Assembly (NCBI GenBank): GCA_951406725.2
Contig: OX597833.1
Coordinates: forward strand, 39,680,001-39,744,000
Length of the DNA stretch: 64,000 nucleotides
Reading direction: 5' to 3'
Source: Octopus vulgaris
Taxonomy: Eukaryota
The translations under genes were made by a program, and so were the position numbers. Shown here piece after piece: positions 38,213 through 51,447 of the stretch (within the stretch, counting starts at the first letter, position 1; each line of letters begins with the position of its first letter). The notes under the pieces were generated by a model. The model was not told the DNA's origin. It ran no database searches and saw only the letters and a list, made by a program, of their open reading frames with translations.

Positions 38213-38960
38213 ATATTATTGGAGAAAATAGCATTTAGTAATTTATACCCTGTGTCCCTATTATAACATATTTACTAACCAAAGATAGAGCTTCTTTGTG
38301 ATCATGAAAGCTACTAAAAAAATAACAGCCAAATTACCTTTAAATCACATCTCTGTTGAACAAAAACAACAACCGTGACAACAACAGCAACAGCAGCAAC
38401 TAGAACAACAGTCAGTAATTAGAGAAGGATTATAGTTGGATTAATTTATCCATCCACAATTCCTTCCCCAGACCAGTCCAGGGTGAAGGTCAGAGTTGAC
38501 ATAGAAACGATTTGAACTAGGAATATAAATAAATGAAACTGAATATCTAATTTATTTATGTGTGTGTATGTATAGATGTGTGTGTATGCATGTGTGTATG
38601 TGCATGTGTGTGTATGCATGTGTATGTATCTTTGTTTCTCAATATACAGTGTGGGTCAAAAGTCATACTCAAATTAAGTTCAATACAGTCTAGAATTATG
38701 AAATAAAACCAAGTAAAATTAACAAAATAATGATGAATACCCACATACTTGTACATGTTGAACAAAATGAATAATAATAATAATAGAATCAAAATTAAAA
38801 GAAGAGTGCCATTGTCATCTAGTGAATGATATTTTGACATCTTGTGTGTCTTCAACAGGTTCAAAAAAGGGCACTCCTCTTTTAATTTTGACTCTATAGT
38901 TACGCCAACCCTATATATAATAATAATAAAAATACTAATAATAATAATAATAATAATAAT

Positions 38961-39421
38961 AATGGGCTACAGCAAATATTCTGCTCAATACCACAGATTT
39001 GCTTGTCAGTTGTTTGACCTTAACCAGTTGAGCATGTCCCTTAGTGGCTGACGATATGTGCATCTCTGATCACGAGCAGAAGTAGTGGGGGAGCATCATA
39101 GCCATGTGTTGAGAGGGATTCTTTGGGGTTTGAATAATTCACCTCTGGAAACATGGGTGGTTCTTTCAACATCCTTAAACAATCCTTATTCAGGGACCTT
39201 TTGAACGTGATGGGCTACTCAACCTGAAGAAAATTCTAACTGGGCCCCACCTGCAAGGTCATGTGCTGTTTATCTTGATATGAGATCACCATGTTGCGCA
39301 CATATGGTTGTGATGCATGTGCCTGGTGTACCCTTATCAGACGGGTAGTCATGATGGGTATATTGGGCTTCGTATATTTTACCCCAGTGTCACTTTGATG
39401 GCATGCACTGCTCTCTCACTC
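38961..39421 (+). mobile_element. (TAA)n-targeted retroelement 3' region (Dong/R4-type), copy 1
   Basis: TAA repeats on both sides; homologous to 39718-40173 and 18151-18572. Confidence 0.75.
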
Positions 39422-39440
39422 AATAATAATAATAATAATA

Positions 39441-39500
<60 letters not shown>

Positions 39501-39619
39501 GTTGTTGTTGTTGTTGTTATTATTTCATTTATTGGCCACTAGGGTTGGATAATAATAACAATAATAAATAAAATAATGATGAATACACACATACTTGTAC
39601 ATGTTGAACAATAATAATA

Positions 39620-40173
39620 AATGCCCTGATGCAGTACTAGGCTCTGGTTCTCATGGCTTCTGATCTTTGCTGATTGGAAGTGTTATCATGTACATTGTTT
39701 TGTCTTTGGTATAAAAGATGGGCTACAGTAAATATTCTGCTCGATACTACAGATTTGCTTGTCATTTGTTTGACTGTAACCAGTTGAGCATGTCCCTTAG
39801 TGGCTGACGATATGTGCATCTCTGATCATGAGCAGAAGTAGTGGGGGAGCATCATAGCCATATGTTGAGAGGAATTCTTTGGGGTTTGAATAATTAACCC
39901 CTGGAAACATGGATGTTTTGTTCAACATCCTTAAACAACCTTTGTTCAGGGACCTTTTGAGTGGGATGGGGTACTCAACCCGAAGAAAATTCTAACTGGG
40001 CTCCTCCGGCAAGGTCATGCATGGTTTATTTTGATATGCGATTACCATATCACGCACATGTGGTTGTGATGCATGTTTCTGGTGTACCCTTATCAGGTAG
40101 GTAGTCATGATGGCTATATTGGGCTTCATATATTTTACTCCAGTGTCACTTTGATGGCATGCACTGCCCTCTC
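39620..40173 (+). mobile_element. (TAA)n-targeted retroelement 3' region, copy 2 (longer 5' end)
   Basis: TAA repeats on both sides; same 3' end gcatgcactgc..tctc. Confidence 0.75.
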
Positions 40174-40193
40174 AATAATAATAATAATAATAA

Positions 40194-40672
40194 TGGATGA
40201 AAAAGAGGAGACAAAAATCTTCTGGGACTTTGACCTCCAGATAGACAAGGTGTTAGAGCACCGAAGGTACGATATATTAACCTTTTGGAGGGACAAACAA
40301 GAGTGCCTAATAATCAACATGGCAGTGCCAGAAGATCAACATATTATCATGAAAGAAAGGGAAAAGATTGATAAATATGGAGACCTGAGAATTGAGATCA
40401 CCAAGATTTTGCAGCTATGAGAGTCAAACAAAGTTTGTCCCTATTTTCATTGGAGCATTGGGTTCAATACAACGTAACCTGAAGAAACATCTGGAAACTT
40501 TAGAAATACCCTACAATCTAGGTGTATTGCAAAACTCGGAAATACATGCATATTGTATAAAGTACTGTCTGTCAGAGGTCCTTCTAGTGTCTTGACAGAC
40601 AGTACAAACACCTGCTAGACACAATATCTTCAATCAACATCCACATGATATTAGATACTGTGCGACATCTTA
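40194..40672 (+). mobile_element. Dong/R4-clade non-LTR retrotransposon, RLE endonuclease fragment
   Basis: KIFWDFDLQIDKVLEHRRYDIL...LIINMAVPED...EREKIDKYGDLRIEI, then FVPIFIGALGSI; TAA repeats both sides. Confidence 0.9.
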
Positions 40673-41355
40673 AATAATAATAATGTAATATAAATGAAAT
40701 GTCTAATGCTTTGGTGTATGACTTTTTGTCCACTCTGTACTCTAAGAATGTGCCTCGAAGCATAAAGAAATCTACTAGCATATATAAAGAACATAGTTCA
40801 GTGCTATAACAACAGACTTAATTGAATGACAAAAACAATTTTTTTTTCTTGATATTGGATATATTATACAACAAGCCTATATAGAATCTGAGGAATTTCA
40901 ATTTTACAAGATCAACTCCAAATATTGTATAGAAAGATGCAATATCTAGACACATCATTGGTGTTATATTTTGGGGTCACTATATGATTTTTGGTCTCCT
41001 AAATCCACTAACTGTCAAGCAAATCCAATAACTAGGCTTAGATTGGATCAGGGTTATAATAAAAAACATTTCCACAATGTTGTTAGAAAGCAAGCTTTTC
41101 AACCACACAGCAACATGGGTGTCTATTGTATATTGGTATTTTTGGAGTAAATTTCAACTATTAGTTACTAAATTATCTAAATAATTATATAGCAAGTGAT
41201 TCTGCCATCAGAATTTTCAGGTATCATAGCCATTTTAGAAACAGTTATTATTATTGTGATTCTACTGTTATATTGTACTAATACTGTGACCAGTATAATA
41301 GTGCTTCCAATCAATTCACAACACTTGCTGTAGAATGAGAAGCATATTTTGTACC

Positions 41356-41758
41356 TTACTCTCTTTACTCTCTTTTGCTTGTTTCAGTCATTTGCCTGTA
41401 GCCATGTGGGAGCACCAACTTTAATCGAGCAACTCGACCCTGGGACTTATTCTTTTGTAAGCCCAGTACTTATTCTATCGGTCTCTTTTGCCGAACCGCT
41501 AGGTAATGGGGACATAAACACACCAGCATCGGTTGTCAAGCAATGCTAGGGGGATAAACACAGACACACAAACACACACACGCATATATATATATATACG
41601 TATATACGACGGGCTTCTTTCAGTTTCCGTCTACCAAATCCACTCACAAGGCTTTGGTCGGCCCAAGGCTATAGTAGAAGACTCTTGCCCAAGGTGCCAC
41701 GCAGTGGGACTGAACCCAGAAGCATGTGGTTGGTAAACAAGCTACTTACCACACAGCC
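41356..41758 (-). mobile_element. SINE family A
   Basis: Full-length similarity. Confidence 0.92.
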
Positions 41759-42199
41759 GTCAAAAGTTTTTTTTTTTTTTTTTTGGCTGTTCATATCTGT
41801 TCTTACTTAGTTTTGTGGACTTTTGAGGTAACTGTAGCAGGACCAAGAAAAAAAAAAAAAGAACGAATGAGGATTTTCTGCGTTGCACTCATTCCAGCAT
41901 TTGAGTTATCACTATTTTCTAATCTGGAAATAGAAATAATCCAAATGTAGGCGGCTGAAAGCAGAAACAATTTCTGTAATAACAGTGATCATGAGAATAA
42001 TCAAAAAACATGCAGACAAATATATAGCCAAGAGCACAGGACTTAAACACATGCACAACATAGATAATATTTTATTACTAGGCACCACGTACATGTTATG
42101 TAGATTACTTTCAATATAATAAGAGCACTGAAATAACAAAACCAGCATAAAACACAAGTACATACATATACATACATATACTCATTCATACATATATAC

Positions 42200-42642
42200 A
42201 GGACAGCTGCATAAAGATGTTCTAAGAGAATCTGTGGAAAGGGTAGACCCAGGAAGACATGGAATGAAGTGGTGAGAAAAGATCTTTGGATGTTGGGCCA
42301 CACTGAAAAAAATGACAAGGGAGCTGTGGCGATTTGCTGGACTTTGAGAAGAGACATCAAGTGAGGAAGAATCATTGCTGTCCTTACATACAGACTTACA
42401 GGTGTCGATGCTACATAAAATGTACTTGTGGCTGATGCTGCACGAATGCACCCGTGCCAATAGGACATAAAATGTACCCAGCACACTCTGTAAAGTGGTT
42501 GGCATTAAGATGAGCATCCAGCCGTAGAAACGATGCCAAAGTAGACAATTTAGAGACTGGACAGTTCCTTGGCTGGCCAGCTCCTGTCAAACCATCTAAC
42601 TCCATGCCAACATGGAAAACAGATGTTAAACACTGATGATGA
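42200..42642 (+). mobile_element. RTE LINE 3' fragment
   Basis: Encodes GRPRKTWNEVVRKDL; UTR motif and gat tail. Confidence 0.85.
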
Positions 42643-42800
42643 TAGGCATGGGTGTGTGGTAAGAAGCTTGCTTCTCAACCACATAGTTCCAGGTTCAGTC
42701 CCACTGCATGGCACCTTGGGCAAGAGTTTCCTGCTATAGACTTGGTCGATCAAAGCCTTGTGAGTGGATTTGGTAGATGGAAACTGGAGAAGCTCATCAT

Positions 42801-42853
<53 letters not shown>

Positions 42854-43110
42854 TATATATATTTATATGTATATATGTATATATGTATGTATTTGTGTAT
42901 GTGTGTGTCTGCGTTTGTCTCCCAACCGTCACTTGACAACTGATGTTGGTGTGTTTATATTCCCATAACTTAGTGCTTTGGTAAAAAGAGACTGATAGAA
43001 TAAATACTAGGCTTACAAAGAGTAAGTCCTGGTGTTGATTTGTTTGGCTAAAAGCAATGCTCCAGCATGGCCACAGTCAAACGACTGAAACAACTAAAAG
43101 AATAAAAGAA
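42643..43110 (+). mobile_element. SINE family A
   Basis: Full-length similarity. Confidence 0.9.
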
Positions 43111-43827
43111 TACACACACATGATTAAAATTTGAGCTACTGTTAGTTTCCTGCTGTGAAAACATGATGGTTATTCAAGCTTGTGTTACCATGGGTTACCA
43201 AGCAATCTTTCAAACTTAAATATACAATATGGTTTGGGAAAAAAAAGATAGAGAATGCTGGTCTTTAAAAAAACATTAACAAAAATAACACGGGTTTTTG
43301 TGAAAAAAGGAGAAGGATATGGAAAAGGAGAAAAGATGAAAGGAAGGTAAAAGAAAAAATGGAATGAAAAGAAAGGAAAAAGATGAAGAATTGATGATGA
43401 TGATGATGTTAGTAGAGAAGAGGGTAGTGGTGAGTGGTGGTGTTGATGGAGATTAGGATGATGATTGTTCCCTATTTAGGCACAAAGGCAGCAGTTTGGA
43501 GGAAACAAGGCTAGTTGATCATGTTGAGCCAAGTACTGAACTTGAACATTGTTTTATCAACTTTGAGATGATATAAAAATTTCAGGTCTAGAATTTAGTA
43601 GGGCAATAGAGTTCTTAGATCTAAAGAGGATCATGTGTATGTGTGTGTGTGTGTACGTATGTATGTATGTATGTATGTATGTATGTATGTATGTATGAAT
43701 GTGTGTATGTATGTGTGTATGTATGTGTGTATATATGTATGTACACAAGGTATACAGAGTTGTATTCAGTGATGCAGAGAAGGTACACAATGTAAATATA
43801 TGACGACTACTACTACTACTGCTGCTG

Positions 43828-43904
<77 letters not shown>

Positions 43905-43974
43905 ACTGTTGCTGCTGCTGCTATTACAGCTACGACTACTATTGATAATAATAATAATGATGGTGATGATGATG

Positions 43975-44322
43975 ACAAGAGCACTCAGAGAGTGCAAACC
44001 TCTGCCAAGGCAACACCAGCGTCCTCTCAACGAAATAATATCTGAAATAACCTTGACTGTTCTCCCAGACGAGAATTCTAAAAATGAACCCAACTGCTCT
44101 CAAAAATGAAGTAAAAAAAAACAGGAAAAATAATCCAGAATCCTTGTCCAGTACCAGATTGATCCCAAAATCTAATCAATTTCTGCCAGTTATGAGGCCA
44201 AACATCCCTAAAAGTTTCATCCAAATCCATCCAGCAGTTCTTGAGATATCTTGTCCACGGACAAACAAACTAACAAACATGACTGAAAACAATATCTCTA
44301 CCTCCACTAAGGTGGAGGTAAT
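43975..44322 (+). mobile_element. Crypton/Helentron-like non-autonomous element
   Basis: acaagagcactcagagagtgcaaacctctgccaagg ... aaagtttcatccaaatcc ... acaaacaaac ... terminal hairpin tacctccac taag gtggaggta; superfamily assignment tentative. Confidence 0.55.
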
Positions 44323-44483
44323 AATAACAATTACTATAAACTTTTAATGAAAACTTAATTCTTAGTATATATGATCTCCTTTCCTATCATTGCTACTACT
44401 TGTAAATAACACCCACAGTAAAAACCCAACTTGCTGTTGCTTGAGATTTCTGGATGAAATTTTGGACAAAATCAAATTTGATG

Positions 44484-44952
44484 ACTGGCATCAGTGCTAG
44501 TGGAGCGCTAAGAGCACCATCCTAGCATGATCATTGCCAGAGCAGCTAACCGGCTTCCATGCTGGTGGCACATAAAAAGCACTATTTGAGCGTGATCATT
44601 ACCAGCATCACCTTACTGGCACTTGTACCAGTGGCACGTGAAAAAACATTCAAACGAGGTTATTGTCAATGCCACTGGACTGGCTCCTGTGCAGGTGGCA
44701 TGTAAAAAACACCATTTGAGCATGGCCGTTGCAAGTACCGCCTGACTGGCCCTCGTGCCTGTGACACATAAAAGCACCCACTAAACTCTCAGAGTGGTTG
44801 GCATTAGGAAGGGCATCCAGCTGTAGAAACTCTGCCAGATCAGATTGGAGCCTGGTGCAGCCATCTGGTTCACCAGTCCTCAGTCAAATCGTCCAACCCA
44901 TGCTAGCATGGAAAGTGGACGTTAAACGATGATGATGATGATGATGATGATG
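44484..44952 (+). mobile_element. RTE-type 3' UTR with about 65-bp tandem units and (GAT)n tail
   Basis: Five ggtggcacrtaaaaagcacc-type cores, then the conserved RTE tail. Confidence 0.85.
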
Positions 44953-45446
44953 TTAGTAGAGAAGAGGGTGGTGGTGAGTGGTGGTGTTGATGGAGATTAG
45001 GATGATGACTGTTCCCTATTTAGGCACAAAGCCAGCAGTTTGGAGTAAACAAGGCCAGTTGATCAAGTTGAGTCAAGTACTGAACTTGAACATTGTTTTA
45101 TCGACTTTGAGATGATATAAAGAACAAGTTGATTTCAACAGGATTTGGACATAGAATATAGGGAGCCATAACAGCCTGAGGCATTTTGTCTGATGCCTTT
45201 ATGGTTCTACTAATTCACAGCCCTTTCTATTTTCTAATTTAGGCACAAGGCCAGGAATTTTAAGAGAAGGTTTTTAAATCAATACCCTCAACACCTGTAC
45301 TTATCTGAATCTTTATTTTATCAACCATAGAAAGAATGAAAGTCAAAAGTAGACTGTAGCAACATTTGAACTCAGAATGTTATTGAATATCAACATAATA
45401 TTTTGTCTAGTGCTCTATTTCTAACAATAGCCATTACCTAAAAAAT

Positions 45447-45663
45447 GGTTTCAAATTTTGGCACATGGCTAGGAAGTTCAAGAGTGGGGTAAGTTGATTA
45501 CATTGACCATAGTACTCAACTGGTACTGGTACTTATTTTATCAACCCCTGAAAGGGTGAAGGGCAAAGTTAACCCCACTGGAATTTGAACTCAGGACATA
45601 AAGACAGACGAAATGCTGCTAAGCATTTTGCCTGGCAAGCTAATGATTCCGCCAGCTCACTGC
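45447..45663 (-). mobile_element. Nin-domain SINE (older copies also at 45010-45220 and 45232-45425)
   Basis: ggtacttattttatcaacccctgaaagggtgaagggcaaag...ccgccagctc. Confidence 0.8.
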
Positions 45664-46206
45664 CCTCCATTGTTTAAATAATGGCAAATATTTTTGCAGC
45701 AAAAAAAAAAAATGAGCAACGGTTTTTACTACAATAACAGAACAACAAAACCACTACCAACAGCAATAACAACAACAAAATAACTACTACTACTACTACT
45801 ACCACACCATCAAAAGGCAATATATTATACAATAATCCTATCATGTTTTTATTACTTTGTGTATTAGTTTCAGTTATGTTTTGTCAATTACCAACAGTAA
45901 CTAAATCTGTAGACTACATGTCTCTGCTGCCCCATCCCAGAGCACAGTATACACCACACGCTATCAACAAACTTACTGATATGCTATCTTCATTGCTTTT
46001 CTTTTTATCCTTCTTTTGTTATGTAATAAATGCTGTAATCACAATTTATGTCAACATAAAATTGAGATCTTAATGTCAGAGCTTGACAAGTATACTTGTT
46101 CATGTATCTATGCATCTATCTATCTTCTACTATTATATATATGTATCCATGCATATGTCTACGTGTGCAAATATGTCTGTATATGTGTGTATATGTGTAT
46201 GTATGG

Positions 46207-46255
<49 letters not shown>

Positions 46256-46309
46256 TAGATATATAGATAGATAGAGAGATGGATGGATGGATGAATGGAT
46301 GGATGGATG

Positions 46310-46343
<34 letters not shown>

Positions 46344-47775
46344 CATTTGTGTCTATCTTTATGTATCTGTACATGTATCTATTTCTCTCTCTCTCTCACA
46401 CAAACACAAGCATAACATGCACTCACTAACACAAACATAGACATGCACACTTACACACACACATATAATCATCATCGTTTGTTTGCTATCTTTACAAGCG
46501 TGGGTTAGATGGATTGTCAAAGTCTGAGTCATGTCTTATTCAATGTTGCTCCTCCTTTAGACATAGTCAGAAGACCACATTACTATCATAACTTTATTTT
46601 AGTATAATTTCTATAGCTGGATGCCCTGCTTAACATAATCCACTATATAAAGAGTACAGTGGGGGAGGGGGAAGATTTATCAGAGCACCAACACAAGATA
46701 GGTTGTCATATCCTTGATAAAACAAAAGACACATTTTGACCTTATGTCATCTCCACTCATTCACCATTCCCTTTACACAGTATGCTAGGTGTATTTTATC
46801 ATTGCACTAGTTCTACTGAGTCTGCCTATTACTCTTCAAGACAAAAGGATCCTCATTACTCAATATTGTCTTCATTTGTACAGGATAATTCATCTAAAAG
46901 ATTGGGTAGCACAAGACGAATAAGAGTAACAGGGAGTAGAAAGGCAAAGCATGAATCAGTGAAAAAGAGCAATCAGAGTGACAGAGGGGATGAGCAAGGA
47001 GAAATGGGAAAACAGCATTAGAAATATAAGAGAGTAATGGCAGCAAGGTGTAATAAGCAAGAGAGAAACAGTAATGGCAAGGAATATATGTACAAAATCA
47101 TTCCAATGCCATCGTCACATGGAATATTAGATAATTCATTCAAAGAATTGAAACTTTCTAGCTTGTAGAATTATATTTACTAGTCTGTCATTAATGTGGG
47201 TGATGGTTCTAGGAAAGTTCAAAACGTCTCTGATGAAGTTTAGTGAATATGCACTTTTCTAAATCACCATGATCATGTAACACTTCAAATATATCCAATT
47301 ATATAATACACTGATTTTAACATTGAAGTCTTTCTTACTTGTGAACTATGTGTATACATCCATAGCTACCTACAATGTATATGAATGCATGTATGTATGT
47401 ATGTATGTATGTATGTATGTATGTATGTATGTATGTATGTATGTATAGATTTGTATGTTTGTGCATATGTATATATGTATATGTATATATATGTATGAAT
47501 ATATATGTGTATAAATATATATGTATATCGATGTCTGAAATTCCCAATAGAGGGCGACACTGAACGAACCGGTGTTTTCACACCTTTGTATCATAGGATC
47601 CACAGTAACAGTAGTGTATTTGCCTATTAGCAGTTGAAATATGTCTGTGACATATTTCGACTAGCCTAAATTCTGTTCATACCTAAACATTGCTTTGCTA
47701 ATATATATATATATATTTATACACACACATATATATATGTATGTATATATAAGTACATATTTATATATATATATA

Positions 47776-47806
<31 letters not shown>

Positions 47807-47947
47807 TTGTATGTATGTATGCATGTATGTATATATGTATGTATGTATGCATGCATGTATGTATGTATGTATGTATGTATGTATGTATGTATGTATGTAT
47901 GTATGTATGTATGTATGTATGTATGTATGTATGTGTCTTTATATATA

Positions 47948-49139
47948 TTGGGTTTAGTCATAAATAATTTCCAATTTTGTTAAATACTTTTACTCGTGAA
48001 AAGATTTTACAAAGAATTATCTTCCATTATCAGTATAGTTGCCATTATTTTTGAATGATCTCTTACCATTTATCAGGTAGCTTTCTGATTCCACTCTAGT
48101 AAAATTCAGCTGGCCTCAGCATGAAGCTTTCCACATCTGTTTTCACTTGATGTACTTGAGAAAATTATTTCCCCATCAGAGCATTTTGTAGAGAGTGAAG
48201 ATGTAAATCTGTTGGTGCATGGTCCAGTGAATATGGTGAATGGAGTAAAACACACCAGCCCAAATCCAATTCCAATATTTTATCCTTGCATTATCATGGA
48301 GAAGCACAATGTTTCTCCTATTAACGAGTAAAGAGCATTTTCTTAAAAGATTTTCATACATGTGTTGCAGCTGTTCAGAGTATATGTCAGCTTTAGTGTT
48401 TGATTGTGGTTCAAAAACTCAGAATGAATAATACTGCAGTGATTCCACCATGCAGGCTGCATAACCTTCCTTCCATAGAGCTCACTCTTTCAAATAAGTT
48501 GTGGGAAATTTATCCTTGTCAGTCCATAGCCTTTTACATTTAAGATTGTCATAAAAGACCCATTTTCCCCCACCTGTAATTATATTGATCAAAAATGGGT
48601 CATTTTTCTACCTTGAAAGAAGATTTGTCCCTCTAGACATGTGATCTTCCCTATTCCTCTCAAACACCCAGTTTGCTGACTTTTCCTATCTTTTTAAAGT
48701 GGCAGCAGATGGCAGATTGGAATGTGTTGAGATCAACTGCTAATTCTCGAGTACTTTTACAATGACTTGAATTCCACTAATTCTCTTAAAGCATCATGGT
48801 CGAAGTCTGATGAGCATCATCTCTGGAACAACATTTTGAAAACCAATTTCACACTTGCTGATCTGTAATGACACCTTGGCCATAAACACTGCATATTATC
48901 TTAGCTGTTTCTGTGGTATTTTTTCCATTCTTAAACTCTCACAGCATCACATGTTGAATATGCACTTCCAGTTCATCCATTTCAGGGGAGTGAAATTTAA
49001 TATTAATCTATGACTTGCACACTTTCAGTGCTTAAATACAAATGACAGATGAGGGTCTTTTAAAAATGGTAGTTTCCATTTCCATTTTAAACATTCAATT
49101 TACTTCCAAAATATAGAAATTGTTTATGACTCAACCCAA
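47948..49139 (-). mobile_element. decayed full-length mariner of a different family
   Basis: TIRs ttgggtttagtcataaataatttc / gaaattgtttatgactcaacccaa, TA TSD; remnants MDELEVHIQHVML*EFKNG and LVNRRNIVLLHDNAR. Confidence 0.9.
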
Positions 49140-49187
49140 TATACGTATATCTATCTATCTACCTGTCTATATATATCTATATATCTA

Positions 49188-49263
<76 letters not shown>

Positions 49264-49296
49264 TATACATATATATATATGTACACACATATATAT

Positions 49297-49340
<44 letters not shown>

Positions 49341-49351
49341 AAATATATAAA

Positions 49352-49387
<36 letters not shown>

Positions 49388-49402
49388 ATATGTATATATA
49401 TA

Positions 49403-49811
49403 TTCTCTTATTCTTTTATTCTTTTACTTGTTTCAGTCATTTGACTGTGGACATGCTGGAGCACTGCCTTTAGTCGGACAAATCAACCCCAAGACTTATA
49501 CTTTGTAAGCCTAGAACTTACTTGATTGGTATCTTTTGCCGAACCACTAAGTTATGGAGATGTAAACACACCAGCATCAGTTGTCAAGCGATATTGGGGG
49601 GGAAAACACAGACACACAAACATATACACACACATTCACATATATATATATATGACAGGCTTCTTCCAGTTTCCATCTGCCAAATCCACTCACAAGGCTT
49701 TGGTCGGCCTCTGGCAATAGTAGAAGACACTTGCCCAAGGTGCCATGCAGTGGGACTGAACCCGGAACCATGTGGCTGGTAAGCAAGCTACTTACCACGG
49801 ACCCACTCCTG
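49403..49811 (-). mobile_element. SINE family A
   Basis: Full-length similarity. Confidence 0.92.
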
Positions 49812-49959
49812 TATATGTGTGTATTATATATATGCACACAAACATATATGCGCACACACATGCACACACAAACACATATATATATATACATACATACATA
49901 CATACATACATACATACATACATACATACATACATACATACATACATAGTTATCTGACG

Positions 49960-50325
49960 CTGGTAATATTTCCTTAGTTGGCAAGTGGTAAATTCCATGT
50001 TTGAAACACAAATTTCCACTGATGAGAGCACTGACTAAATATCTTTGTCTTGGAGTTTAAAAAGGACCCCAAGTCAAGTGAGATTTTCAGGATTTTTGCT
50101 CTTTTGGCCAAGTAAAGCTTACATCATTTGCTCTCATTGGTGTATGCCCCCAGTTGTTCTAGAACCTTCCATTTAATTATCATGTCATACCTTGTTTTAA
50201 ACACCATATGTAGCTGACTAGAGATATAATGTTGCACCTCTCTGGTATCCTAAAGGAAGACTTGTGGTTATCCAGATAATGCTTCAAAAACCTGCATGTA
50301 GATCCAACATATTTTTGTGCCTGTG
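49960..50325 (-). pseudogene. Penelope-like GIY-YIG endonuclease remnant
   Basis: Manual translation: KYVGSTCRFLKHYLDNHKSSFRIPER..SLVSYIWCLKQ / IKWKVLEQLGAYTNESK*CKLYLAK..IL..FLNSKTKIFSQCSHQWKF. Confidence 0.8.
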
Positions 50326-50532
50326 CTCTTGTGGTAGTAGTGTTACAACTGCTGTTGTTGCTGTTATTATCTTTGCCAATGCTACTGATATCGCTGGATC
50401 CACTGCTGCTGATGCTGTTGCTGGTATCACTGCCATTGTTGTTGTTTTGCTATTGCCATTGCTGGATGCAATCCTGGGGCTGCAGTTGCTGCCAGTAAGG
50501 TTACTGTTGCTGCTACAACCAGATACGTTGCT

Positions 50533-50572
<40 letters not shown>

Positions 50573-51447
50573 GATAGAGAGAGAGAGAGAGAGAGAGAGG
50601 AATAGATAGTCACACAGACAGATACAGATATAAATATATATATAGATATATACATATATACACATATACATACACACACACACAAGCACATACACATATA
50701 TACGTACAAACAAACACACAAATACACACACACACATGCACACACACACACACACGCACACACACGCACACACACACACGCACACACGCACACACACATA
50801 TGTCAAATATACCTACACAATGAATTCTTCACTCAGTTTTGCAAAAGCTGCACACATTCTGCTACAGAAATCACGAGAAGCAAGTATGTATGTATATGTG
50901 AAAGAGAAAGAGTGTGTGTGTACTTTTATTTTCTTGTCATGACATCACATGATAGTTGTAAATGAGCATCACTGTCATATGAGCAGCGTCATTCATTTCC
51001 AATACTCTGCAAAAACATGTCTGTGCCTTGGGAAAATATTACTTTACTGGGAAGCAGGTAAAAGTTGGTGATAGGAAGAGCATCCAATCAGAGAATACAT
51101 AGAAAATCTACTTCAATAAATTCTGTCCAACCCATAGAAAAGTGAATGTTAAAACAATAATGATGATTTTGTGTGTGTGTGCATGCACGTGCATGTGTGT
51201 GTGTGTGTGTGTGCGTGTTTTTGTGTGTGTGTGTACACACACACAGATAGGTAGATTAATAGATAGATATACACACAGTGAGAGAGAGAGAGAGAGAGAA
51301 GAGTAAAGAGAAAGAGGGAGACGAATGAAGTGAAAGAGGAAGAAGAGTAAAGAGAGAGAGAAATTGGTCGATAGATTGAAAGAAAGATAAACAATGGAAA
51401 TGAAAATTGCGAAAAATCTGCAAGTGGCATTTAATATCCTACCTTAC

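Noticed and set aside
41806-41955. Candidate minus-strand exon (ttccag acceptor, gtaaga donor, open frame)
   Set aside because: Phase does not fit exons A and B and it includes a T13 run; cannot be separated from chance without RNA data
44484-44790. CRISPR-like repeat-spacer appearance
   Set aside because: Spacers are homologous to each other, repeats are degenerate, the array is inside an RTE 3' UTR, and there are no cas genes
47225-47300. CTGATGA AGT...ACTT CAAA TATA TC hammerhead-like motif
   Set aside because: No GAAA and no stem I; could be a fossil but is unsupported
50019-50030. CTGATGAG as a hammerhead or C/D box
   Set aside because: Explained as the antisense of the CSHQW codons in the Penelope endonuclease remnant
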